From Segetibacter sp. (GTDB taxonomy: Bacteria > Bacteroidota > Bacteroidia > Chitinophagales > Chitinophagaceae), in contig JANPIM010000013.1 of NCBI GenBank assembly GCA_031425015.1, positions 120,939 through 184,938 of the forward strand: 64,000 bases of DNA, written 5' to 3'. Shown piece after piece: positions 10,901 to 18,900 of this stretch. The notes beneath the pieces are model-generated. The model saw only the letters and a list, made by a program, of their open reading frames with translations, did not search any database and had not been told where the DNA came from. Within the stretch, counting starts at the first letter, position 1, and every line of letters starts with the position of its first letter. The translations under genes were made by a program, and so were the position numbers.

Positions 10901-11415
10901 ATAGCATAGCAACCCTGGTTTGGAAAGTGGAGAATGAGCAGGTGGTAGACAAGTATGTAGTGGAAAGAAGTATGGATGGGGTCAACTTTTCAGCGGAGGC
11001 AATCAGGTTGTCGAATAATCTACCAGCCACCAGCTATTCAGTAGCAGATGATCTTACAAACTATATACATCCGATTGTTTACTACAGGGTGCTACAGGTA
11101 AACAAAGACGGACAGCGTTACTATACAAAAACACTTTTATTTAACCTGGGCAAAACCATGGTGCTTACGCCTTCGGCTTACCCGAACCCGGTGATAGATG
11201 TATTGACTGTTGCTGTTCCTTCACTTACTCGTCAACAGGTTACTATAACATTGTCAGACGCTTCTGGTAAGACAGTATTGGTGAAAAAAGTTTACCTGGA
11301 AAAAGGAGACAACAAATTTTTAGTGGAAGGAGTAGAGCGACTTTCTAAAGGCCTCTATATGGTACAAATCAAAACAACGGATGTAACCACAAACATAAAA
11401 GTCGTTAAACAGTAA
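1..11415 (+). CDS. Giant T9SS-secreted adhesin-like protein (5'-truncated, >3800 aa): >=18 x 89-aa Cys-containing PKD/Ig-like repeats, ~350-aa unknown domain, PKD-like, ~7 cadherin-like/Big_9 domains, DNRLRE-type domain, thrombospondin type-3-like DxDxDG Ca-binding region, T9SS type A CTD
   Basis: Frame 1 is open from nt 1 (TGITYSLDASSIAAG...) to TAA at 11413-11415, so the gene starts upstream of the window. Recurrent PxAxxD...V..ND.D...G.....G...YTP...F.G.D.F.Y motifs (6330-9450). ADNYL...NYG...GILQFN..IP....I..ATLRLY (7390-7920). Many DxDxDG repeats (9455-10700). TLPINIISFTG then YPNPV...LSKGLYMVQI...KVVKQ C-terminus. Confidence 0.9.
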   Translation, partial: TGITYSLDASSIAAGNSINSSTGIVTYDVNWNGTSVITATATGCNGPSTSSHTVTINGLVSAPVFTLGATSVRCQGAGSATYTATSNNTTGITYSLNAASVTGGNSINATTGVVTWATGWSGSTIITASAAGCSGPQTATHTVTITPTLGVPVFALGATSTRCQTAETISYSATATTNTGITYSLDAASLSAGNSIDVNTGSVTWANTWNGTSTITTSATGCNGPRTATHTVTTTGLVSIPVFTLGDNSARCQAGANIFYTATANNTTGITYSLDAASIAAGVTINTANGRVSYLAGYVGTAFITATATGCDGPQTATHTAVTSGPVAIPVFTIGATSTRCQGAGVVNYAATALYTTGITYTLDLTSRNAGNTINATTSDVTYVAGWSGTSTITASAAGCSGPRTSTHTVTITPTVGVPVFSLGATSTRCQAAGLVTYTATATNNTGITYSLDAPSIAAGNSINTATGAVSYVAGWSGTSIVTAIAAGCNGPSAAVNHTITITPVVGTPVFAAGTTSTRCQGAGSTTYTATAISTSGITYSLDAPSIAGGNTIVAATGAVTFAAAWSGTTIITSSAAGCSGPQTATHTITITPTVGTPVFALGASSSRCQAAGTVSYSATVTNSTGINFSLDAASIAGGNTINPATGDVTYQAGWSGTTVITATATGCNGPRSATHTITVNAPVVSPVFTLGTTSSRCQGAGTIGYSATAANSTAINYTIDATSAAAGNTIVSTTGAVTYVAGWSGTTTVTASAAGCYGPVTTIHTITTTATVGTPVFTLGSTTTRCQGSGTVTYTATASFNSGITYSLDGASVTGGNTINSSTGMVTYVNTWSGTSTITASAAGCNGPRTATHTVTITPTVGLPVFALGASSTRCQGINSVTYTATSTNNTGITYSLDAASIAAGNSINTSTGAVTFVGSWSGTSTVTADATGCNGPRTSTHTITTTATVATPIFASGATSVRCQGAGSINYNASASFSTGISYTLDAASVIAGNTINSSSGVVTWVTTWSGSSVVTANATGCNGPSTATHTISTTPTVSTPVFMFGATSSRCQAAGTISYTATATNATGITYSLDAASITGGNSINAATGAVSFVSSWSGTTTITASAAGCNGPRTTTHVVTISAPVTTPVFSSGATSTRCQGAGTITYTATASNTTGITYTLDFGSTTAGNSINSTTGAVSYVATWSGISIITASAAGCYGPIIATHTVTTSATVGTPVFGLGAGSTRCQGAGTVAYTATAASSTGITYSLDAASITAGNSINSGSGTVTYTAAWSGTSIITASASGCNGPRTATHTVTINITVITPVFTLGANSSRCRGAGVVNYTANSANASGITYSLDGASIAAGNTINPTTGDVTYVGSWSGTTTVTASAAGCNGPRTATHVVSVNNSVGVPSFALGASSTRCQGGTTVSYTATAAFSTSIVYSIDSISIIAGNTIDSVTGVVTFIPQWSGASTVTATANGCNGPAISTHVINTTASVGLVTFSFGPTSSRCQSAGPVSYAATASSATGFTYSLDGFSIMAGNTINSITGVVTYTSTWIGTSIITATASGCNGPSVGTHSAVTNGVMGSLSFALGSASTRCRGAGIVTYVASAPNATGITFTLDNASLAAGNVINPSTGGVNFVSTWSGTSTITATAEGCTGPRVAVHTITTTPNTCAFTMFDKATIERIPTGSKIINMGIVPQTIGNALKPYGLVYQLLANQIPVRWVFNQSKLKDGVDLVHNGITYRGSAFIITAPFLTPAINSLISTWEAKGVVVNTTLFAFDVEVANTLRSKPFWVMDDQNGNIAVGFLQNAEIPSTAYIFKSPAQLNNCDDIYVMPHADPTWETHKNLYYWNLSNKGGIWAGCHAVSVLENVYGPDTANAAVTRRMNFLMNDGPGIGNSAVLFNDHANASPPNNQQYPGTPVMQFMGKTDLAHTGGSEQVFMPNKAGSWRSSTMIGVFDPSQADVPALSNGPAAQIAFGRAFGDDQRGWVLYEGGHNINVSNPDGIAAMRTFLNFGFFSIRDKQPSVVVSGAPKIAYSGQSYALNAVASSQISTYVTFSYEWTSNCGGVFSNPYGASTTFIAPTVASATPCAITCKVTDNCGRLVFETKPLTVTPGPKAPLCASETVIYNPCDGNYMTVDVLANDSDPDGGALSVTLLTSGTNGTFTNNGNGTITYTPGYAFSGSDKVDYSVCNPNGMCCTATLTVNVALMDANGCSPDEYYTIVGNITALRGTSVGGTAITTIGASTSDPDGIVGNAATYALFSNKNHIVNYALSAPIPKADTLYFYVDGSANAAYTVSQSSDSLSWTNPIQFTLTGTENFLASRANAYPVSAGIRFIKVTIQTTSVQIDAMQYFVRSCVSAAPVSTNDDVQTLEDMPVIIEVDANDIDPRGLPLRIAQIVVKPKYGALSINLNNTITYLNYKDQVGNGRDTFVYRTCNTAELCSLDTVYITIIKDNCAPGKYRPGTYSVYSSTINPTADNYLRLNNNGTNYGNNNSIVIKGKSNDFKRGILQFNTSLIPSNAIIDVATLRLYQTSGPTDEALKIHRVTTPWAEMTSTWGRNNATTFWTNPGGDFSNVIVAAGFLTGPTNSYKSFNIRSVVQDWVSQTYPNYGVVATRYPENAGTSDITFNSVQNGSNRPLLYISYRVPLACTDIPAYAPLAMPDTATTNSVQPVTLTVMSNDFDYNNTGCSIALLGTTTAKGGTVSLTAGNKILYTPPATLPSFNGVDTFSYRMINGTFSDTANCFVLVTNAPPKANPDSYILQSNTATTPTSLSNANIRVNDSDPEGAALSLPVVIKDPRNGIATINGSGLLSYVPNLNFLGNDTLAYEITEMAGNGCVRFRDTSTIVITITNRPPISVNDNFTSNACEAVRISVLNNDMDPEAGNMTVQIVTQPSIGSVAVINNNSEILFTPPSGISNITTSFTYRACDNATPSLCGNTVTVNVTIRPLPAINTSPVAVRDTFRVPLNSVLYADVLTNDYDPDKNDFRLPLTIETNPKNGSVLPLQNGLIQYIPNASYFGRDSFQYRVYDTIMSIGGCPAAPALSSITWVYILVQDKPIANWDLAVTSKNIPVTINVLNNDLFGAWGPANGTISIVTAPTRGAVSVLSNGSTVQANNTLSYTPNTNYFGRDSLVYRICDAFGNCDTAIVYIRIGNDSDGDGVADEIDIDDDNDGITDYIEACGAGATSFSCTPAGSDPSGDEDNDGILNFRDSKWAPLNSNGCSIFLDTDGDGVPDYLDLDSDNDGIADVVEALGVDANGDGIIDNYCDTDADGLSQNVDANNTGAMGSGFGLGAPDFDNDGLPNADDVDSDNDGIPDIVESYGQDLNNDGRIEVFTDTDNDGWANQFDGDADGNGIVENVANVLIVTGNDPAYINCASPGTGRPGCYPLNGNADNVGFPNFIDLDSDGDGVTDATESGLAISYSRGMVSGCSLVNGWCSTIRSLPALNLRNTDGHGRPDVYDIDSDNDGITDNIEAQPTHSYIIPIDLDGDGDGLINVYDFFGGVGGNGLTPYDHDADGVPDYRDTDTDNDGAPDRNEGDYRNKTMTQALINGDLDSDGDGLMDCFDINDIRSELCGVGFTNVSMSNMGTNGNFNGPAPGGSSVQLVRSSPTAPDRDWRNTTTLPINIISFTGSLNNSIATLVWKVENEQVVDKYVVERSMDGVNFSAEAIRLSNNLPATSYSVADDLTNYIHPIVYYRVLQVNKDGQRYYTKTLLFNLGKTMVLTPSAYPNPVIDVLTVAVPSLTRQQVTITLSDASGKTVLVKKVYLEKGDNKFLVEGVERLSKGLYMVQIKTTDVTTNIKVVKQ

Positions 11416-11435
11416 TGCTGCACGGGGCTGTATTG

Positions 11436-11476
11436 GAGAGGGTTAGGGTAAATTCCTTGACCCTCTCTTTTATTTT
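11436..11476 (+). terminator. Intrinsic terminator after giant protein 1
   Basis: GAGAGGGTTAGGG-taaatt-CCTTGACCCTCTC followed by TTTTATTTT. Confidence 0.8.
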
Positions 11477-11520
11477 ACGGCATAGTTTTTTAGTTCACCC
11501 TTATTCAATAAACTGAATTT

Positions 11521-12411
11521 ATGAAGAACATCATTGCTACTTTCATTATCACAACATTTTGTGCAGCGAATATTTCAGCTCAAAATGTACATTCCTCATC
11601 TGTCGCAATGATAGATACTTTGTCGCATCCGCAAATGGCCATGCCGATGCCGCCGCTCACTCCGGGTGTGTCGCCGTATAAAATAAGCTGGAAGGTAGAT
11701 GCCCCCATTATTGCTACCGGCGTTGGTTTAACGGTGTTAGGCGTGAAATTGATTGGTCAAAAAAAGGACCTGACAGTAGCTGAATACGCAACCAAAGTCC
11801 CGGCAAATGTGTGGGGTTTTGATAGGGGTAACGCAGGCGTGTATTCCGAAAGGGCAGATGAAATCAGTTATATCCCTTTTCATGCTTCTTTTGCTATGCC
11901 GGTACTGGTTGGTCTGCTCGATAAAAATCACCGTAAGAACTACGGCCAGGTGATGGTGCTATATATGGAAACCATGGCGATTACCGGTGCAGCCTTTACC
12001 ATGGCAGCAGGTACGGTGCAGCGCTCCCGGCCATTTGTTTATGGAAGAAATAATGGCTTAGACGACGAATACAAAAGAAATGGAAACAATCAACGCTCGT
12101 TTTTTGCAGGTCATACCGCAGCAACAGCCGCAGCCACTTTTTACACTGCTAAAGTATTCAACGATTTTAACCCCGACTCCAAAGCCCGTACCTATGTTTG
12201 GATTGCAGCTGCGGCAGTTCCTGCAGTAGTTGGTTATTATCGGCACAAAGCCGGAATGCACTTTTTAAGTGATAATATTTTGGGATACGCGGTTGGTGCT
12301 GCCACTGGTATTTTGGTGCCTCATTTTCACAGGAAGAAGATCAAAAACCTAAGCGTTGTGCCGGAGATTGGTGGAGGCTACAGAGGACTGGCGGCAACCT
12401 ATAAACTGTGA
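11521..12411 (+). CDS. PAP2-superfamily phosphatase with N-terminal signal peptide
   Basis: C1/C2/C3-like motifs VQRSRP, SFFAGH, RHKAGMHFLSD; hydrophobic helices; signal peptide ending ISA-Q. Confidence 0.85.
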   Translation: MKNIIATFIITTFCAANISAQNVHSSSVAMIDTLSHPQMAMPMPPLTPGVSPYKISWKVDAPIIATGVGLTVLGVKLIGQKKDLTVAEYATKVPANVWGFDRGNAGVYSERADEISYIPFHASFAMPVLVGLLDKNHRKNYGQVMVLYMETMAITGAAFTMAAGTVQRSRPFVYGRNNGLDDEYKRNGNNQRSFFAGHTAATAAATFYTAKVFNDFNPDSKARTYVWIAAAAVPAVVGYYRHKAGMHFLSDNILGYAVGAATGILVPHFHRKKIKNLSVVPEIGGGYRGLAATYKL

Positions 12412-12715
12412 TGACTATTTCAAGTTAATTGATCCCATTTAACGACTTTTTTAATACTGCCCACTTGAAAAATGAGTGGGTGGTTCTGTTTAGGGTGGTC
12501 GTGAAATGATACTGCGAATAAATAAAAACTAAGGGCCGCAGTAGCCTCTAAGTTTCCAACGATAAATACACAATAAAAAAGATGTTGATCCGTTTTAGTA
12601 AAAGGTTTCCAGTAAACCTTGTTTCAATCCAATATTCAGTTAAACCGTTCATTTTCAATCCAGGACGATCTATGAAGAACCGAATTAAATAGAACCTGAT
12701 CGAACATGAATAAAA

Positions 12716-12748
12716 GCAGCCTCCTGGTTTTCCGGGAGGCTTTTTGAT
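12716..12748 (+). terminator. Intrinsic terminator inside the 587-nt intergenic region upstream of giant protein 2
   Basis: AGCCTCCTGG-tttt-CCGGGAGGCT followed by TTTT. Confidence 0.75.
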
Positions 12749-12998
12749 TTCATCTCATGTCGTATTTTATTTATAGCATTTTAGTTTACTGTTTATTTTG
12801 GGAAACTTCCCAAAATTTTAACGAATGCTGCAACCAAATTGACAGCATCCACCTCTTTACATTTTAGTCAACCTTCCCCTTGAAAGTATCCAGGATTCCT
12901 GGGAGCTTATTTTTTAAATCCTTATCTGTTGAGACATCAGCGGATTTATTACCCATCAATAAGAAGATGGTATTGTAAACATTTCTAATTAAGAATCT

Positions 12999-15900
12999 AT
13001 GAGCATTTTTACCCATGGTAGTAAATCCAAAGACAAAACAAATGCATCTTGTTGGTGGCATTCGATAAAAACACTGGCAGGTATATTTTTACCTGTAATT
13101 GCATTTTTATGTATTTGCACCAATGCCTTGTCGCAAGATTTGCCCAATCCGGCACCAAATAATAAAACGCTTGCAACAGGCAGTTTTGTAATTGCCATGG
13201 ATAACAACAACCAGTCAAATGGTGCCAATTATTTTAACCTGAAAGCCTACGGTTTAGTAGTCCATCTTTTAAACAATCAGGTAAAAGTAAAATGGATTAT
13301 TAAGGCTGGTAAAGCAAAGGACGGAATTGATTTTTCTGTAAATGCTTCCCGTATAAAACCTACTACTGCAGCAGGTTTGGTGCTCGATTTTAGAAGCGGG
13401 CCATTTGTGATTCAGAGTGCTGATGTTGCCGGAGTAAGTGCGTTGGTCGATGCTTATAATAATACATTGGCTGTAGCTGATCGTGTAAAAGTTTACCAAA
13501 CCAATGCTGCCGTTTTAGTAGATGAGCGATATGATCTTACCGGGTTTAAACCAAAAGCGGCTTTGCTCAATAATGGTGGAAATTGGGATATACATCGCGA
13601 CTTCTTTTTAGATGCCGGAATTACAGGTGGAATGAATACTGCAAACACTGCAGCAACCAACTGGAGCAAAGCCATGGCAGCTGATTTACTGAGCTCTTGC
13701 TACACATTTGCCTCAGAGGCACATTGGGAGCAATCAAAAGAAGTGGAAGCCAAGGCTGCCACAGATGCTGTAAAAGCTTTTTTAGTTGCAGGCGGTAATG
13801 CCTTGGCAGAATGTGCTGCAGTACGCACTTATGAAAATGCGGGTCGTTTTCATTCTACAGGTGGTATTAATTCAGCTACCGAAAATAAATTTAATGGAGC
13901 ATTATCTACGTTAGTTTATCCGAATGCTGATCTAAGTTATACACAGTTTCAAGGTGCTATTAATATTGATAATGGAGGAAGTTTAAAAAACTGGACTTAT
14001 AGTGGAAGTTTAAAAAACAACCAGCATGACCATGTGAGAGGACCTGTTGCCAATCCTAATATTGGCGCAGCTGTTTCTAAATTATCAACCGCAGGTAAAG
14101 GTGGTTTAATATTTTACCTGGGAAATCACAAATTTGATAATCAAAAAGATATTACCGTCATCAATGGTGAGAGAATGTATTTAAATGCATTTCTAACACC
14201 ATCTAGAAATAATACCTGTACAAGCGGGGGCGGGGGAAGCTTGAAGTTGGGTAACCAGGTATGGAACGACTATGATGGAGATGGTAAAAGAGACTTGAAT
14301 GAACCAGGTATTGCAGGTGCTACTATTACTTTATATACCGATAATGACAATAATAATTTACCGGATGGTGAGGGTATTGCAACAACTACAACCGATCAGT
14401 TTGGAAAATATGCTTTTACCAATCTTGCACAGGGCAGGTATATAGCTTCTATGCCTATTTTACCTGGATATACGCAAACTCCTAATAATACCACCGGAGG
14501 CATAGTAGGTGCACTAAAGCCTGGATGTTGCAGCCTGGATCCCGATGCTAATATTGATAATGATAATAATCTTGTTCGTCTTGTTGGACCAAATGGACCA
14601 GGTGGCGTGGTATATACTAATGGAATTACGCTTTCTGAAGGTGGTGAACCTACCACTGATGGTGACGATGCTAATAGTAACTTAACCTTAGACCTTGCAC
14701 AATGCGGTAATGGAGCCATTGGTGATTTTGTATGGAATGATTTAAATGGCAATGGCATACAAGATGCCGGAGAACCTGGTATTAATGGTGTAGTAGTACG
14801 TATCACCTATAGCGATGGCACCTTTGCAGAAGAAGCAACGCATAGTTATAATGGGCAGGATGGATATTACGATTTTGTAAACCTGGGCCCTGGTACTTAT
14901 GTCATTTCATTTACAAATCCGCCAGGATTTATACCCGGCCTTGCTAACCAGGGATCGAATGATGCCATTGACAGTGACCCAGTAAATGGCAGCGTAACTG
15001 TAACACTAACACACAATCAAAGCGATTTTACCATTGATGCTGCATTTATTCAAAATGGTATCCAGGCTAATTTAACCACAGGTAACCAAGTGTGGAACGA
15101 CTATGATGGCGATGGAAGAAGAGATTTGAATGAGCCTGGAATTCCCGGTGCCACTGTACGGTTGTATAGGGATAATAACAATGATAACTTACCCGATGGT
15201 GCACCAATTGCTACCACTACTACAGATGCTAATGGTAAATATTTATTTACTAACCTAAGCCAGGGAAGGTATATAGCTTCCATGCCAATACTGCAAGGTT
15301 ACCAGCAAAGTCCAAATACTGCTACCGGAGGTGTTATAGGTTCACCACAATCAGGTTGTTGTAGTCTTGATCCGGATCAAAATATTGATGATGACAATAA
15401 CCTTGTAAGATTAGTAGGTCCAAATGGTGTAGGGGGGGAATTGTATACAAATGCTATTATCCTGAATCCAGGCCAGGAGCCAACTAATGATGGCGATGAT
15501 GCAAACGGAAACTTAACACTTGACCTGGCTCAGTGCGGTGTCTTCTTCATCGGCGATTTTGTTTGGAATGATTTAAACGGAAACGGTATCCAGGATGCAG
15601 GTGAAGGTGGATTAAACGGTATTACTGTTCGCATCACTTTTTCAGATGGCACAATAGGCGAAACAACTACAGCCACCTCCAACGGGCAAGATGGATATTA
15701 TAATTTTAGAAATCTTGGTCCAGGTACGTATGTTATCAGTTTTCCTGCTATTCCAGGATTTACGCCTAGTCCTGCAAACCAGGGCAGCGACAGGGAAAAA
15801 GACAGTAATCCTGTGAATGGATCTACTACTGTAGTAATAAGCAATGCAAGCGATTTTTCTGTGGATGCGGGTTATGTGCGAACAGTTAATGCATGTACTT

Positions 15901-18900
15901 TCACCGTAAATTTGGTTTCGCAGGTAATGCCTACTACAACTAACTATGATGGCTCCGTTACAGTAAGCTTTTTAGATATGGTTCCACCATATTCCTACAC
16001 CATTCAAAAGGGCCAGAATTCAGGAGGATATGTGACCATACGTACTGTAACCAATCAAACTGCTAATCCACTTACTATAAGTGGCCTGAACGATGGTTTT
16101 TACTGGGTAAGCTTTATAGATAGCCGGGGATGCACTGGAATGGTAGATCCAGATCTGCAAATACAATGTACGACCATAGGAGGAACCTTAACAGCAGGAA
16201 AAATCAATTGCATAAATGGTCTTACTACCCTTACTGCAAACGTTACTGGCGGAAGCGGTACTTATCAATACAGTTTAGATGATATTACTTTTCAGAATAG
16301 TAGTATTTTCACGGTACCTGCAGGCACCTACTCAGTTTATGTTCGCGATTTTAATAAAGGTTGCATTAAACTTTTGCAGCCAATTACCGTGCTACCGGGA
16401 AATACAAATTGCAACGAAATTTGCTTAGTTAGCCCTACTATTCCCAACATTGTAAATGCGAAACTAAGATGGGTGACCAATGCAGATGGCACCATTACCA
16501 TCCGCAGCACATTTGCCAAAACTTTTGTTGACAATACGTATGGCACCAATGCTATCGGATGGGGTACCAAAGGTCATACATTCAGCAATCTTGTTGGATC
16601 AGACCATGTACAACTTGCCCTGTTTGATAATTCAAATACAAAGAAGCTTGAGTTTAAGCTCGATTATATTACTGCTTCCAATACGGCACCTTCAGGTTAT
16701 AAAACATTAGGCGTATTGGGTGGCGAAGGCCAGATGATTCTAGGTAATGCTTCGGATGTAGTAAGTGTGCGCACATCCATTGACTCAAACCTCAATGGCT
16801 TTGGATATGTGCTAACCACCAACTCCCCGGTTACTGATTTAAATTATACGCCTAATCCATCCTATCCAAATTGGATATTCGAGGTATGGTACGAGGTAAC
16901 TGTAAAAGCCAGTGCATTTGGCACGTCAGGATTTAAAAATCCGATGATAGCTTCAGTACATGCAAGTCCAAGCAAAACGGGCAACAACACAGAAGTAGTA
17001 GTACCGGGCGATTGTCCCACAACGGGTTCAATTGGCGACTTTGTATGGAGCGATCTAAACGGGAATGGCATACAGGATGCCAACGAACCAGGATTAAGTG
17101 GTGTAACGGTAACCTTAACTGCAGCCAATGGAACGATACGCACTACCACTTCAGGTAGCAATGGTCAATATTTATTTTCAAACTTACCAGCCGGCACTTA
17201 TACCGTTACGTTCAGCACCCCTGCGGGCTTTGCTGCTACACTTAGCAACCAGGGGAGTGATGATGCTAAAGACAGTGATCCGATAAATGGATCAGTTACT
17301 GTAACATTGGCTGCCGATCAAAGTAATCTTACAATAGATTTTGGTTTGAAGGTAATTTCAGATTGTCCTCCGGGCCAAATTGGTGGAATTCAGCTTTCTA
17401 ATTTAACTAAACAACTGTTTGTATTTACTGACGGTAGCGTAGACGCCAATTGGCAAAGCGCATCCAAAGGATATGTTGGGGACGTAGCAATTGATGGTTT
17501 AAAAGCTTCTGAGAGAACTTCAGGAACTGTACCTTATTCAGGAACTATCTCTACTAACGACAATACTTTGAGTAGCTGGCAGAAAATTGTAAATGATAAT
17601 CCTGGACAGGCATTTTCTTCTTTAAACCAATCAACTAAAATAAATTCTTTTAGAACTGAACTTGAAAATGCTTTTGCACAAATAAATGCCTTCCCTGCAA
17701 GTGCTGGTTATTCAAGTGTTTCCGCTTCATCATTAAATGGATTAAACACGCAAGATGGGGTAGCACAAACATTTGTAATTAATGTTACCAGCGGGTTTGG
17801 AGTATCTTCTAAAATAAATATTACTGGCGATGCAAATGATATTTTCATTCTACGTTGGGATGAAGATGCGAACTTTAGCAATGGTTACAATGGGCAGGTA
17901 AAGTTTCAGAGTGGCGGTGCTATTGTACCTATGGGTGGATTGAAGGCTTCTAACTTCATTCATGTTGCTGGGGATATTAATAGTAGCGGCGGCGGTTCAA
18001 CACCTAATTCTCCTTACCCACAAGGGCCACGTAAAAACAATGGTACCGGAGATCTTATAAACGGTGGTAGCGACTTTAATGGTGGTGGTTTCTTTACAGG
18101 ATACTGGTTAACTACCGGTGCGCCTACCATTACAGGGTCTGGACAGCCTTATGGAGAAACATCCTCTTTAAGCAACGGAATATTTGTGGGTGGATGGTAT
18201 TCAAAAACTACTAAGTTCAGTATGACTTCTGGCACAAGTGGTGTTTATGTAGCTCCTGCCCCATGTGTCCCAACTTCTAAAGGTAAAATCGGTGATTTCG
18301 TTTTCAACGATGTAAACGGAAACGGCATTCAGGATGCTGGTGAACCAGGTTTACCTAGTGTAACCGTTACTTTGACTTTACCCAACGGATCTACACAAAC
18401 CACTACTTCAGGTAACAATGGACAATATGCATTTTCTAATTTACCTGCAGGTACTTATACAGTATCGTTTAGTACACCTGCGGGTTTTGTTGCCACATTG
18501 GCCAACCAGGGTTTTAATGATGCCATAGACAGCGATCTAAATGCGGATGGAGAAGTAGAGGTAACGCTGGCGCTGCCATCTGCAACTTCGCCAAACACAA
18601 GTAGCCTAAATGTAGATGCTGGTTATTACAACCCGGGTTTACGTCAACAATCTTCACCAGCGTTTACCTTCTGCGATCTTAAAGTTGCACTTGAATTAAC
18701 ACATCCATTGTGTAGTGGTCACGTAACCGGTAAAATAATGTCGAAAGTAACCGGCAATACAAATGCGCTTACGTACAGTTGGAGCAACGGAAGCACAGGT
18801 GCAAACTTGTTAGCAGTTGGAGCGGGAACATACACGCTTACGGTGCAGGAAAATGCTACTGGATGCTCAGTCACCTCTAAACCAGTTGAGTTGAAAAATC

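Noticed and set aside
12412-12998. c-di-GMP or other known riboswitch upstream of the adhesin
   Set aside because: I could not find consensus features of known riboswitch classes by eye; left as an unexplained leader
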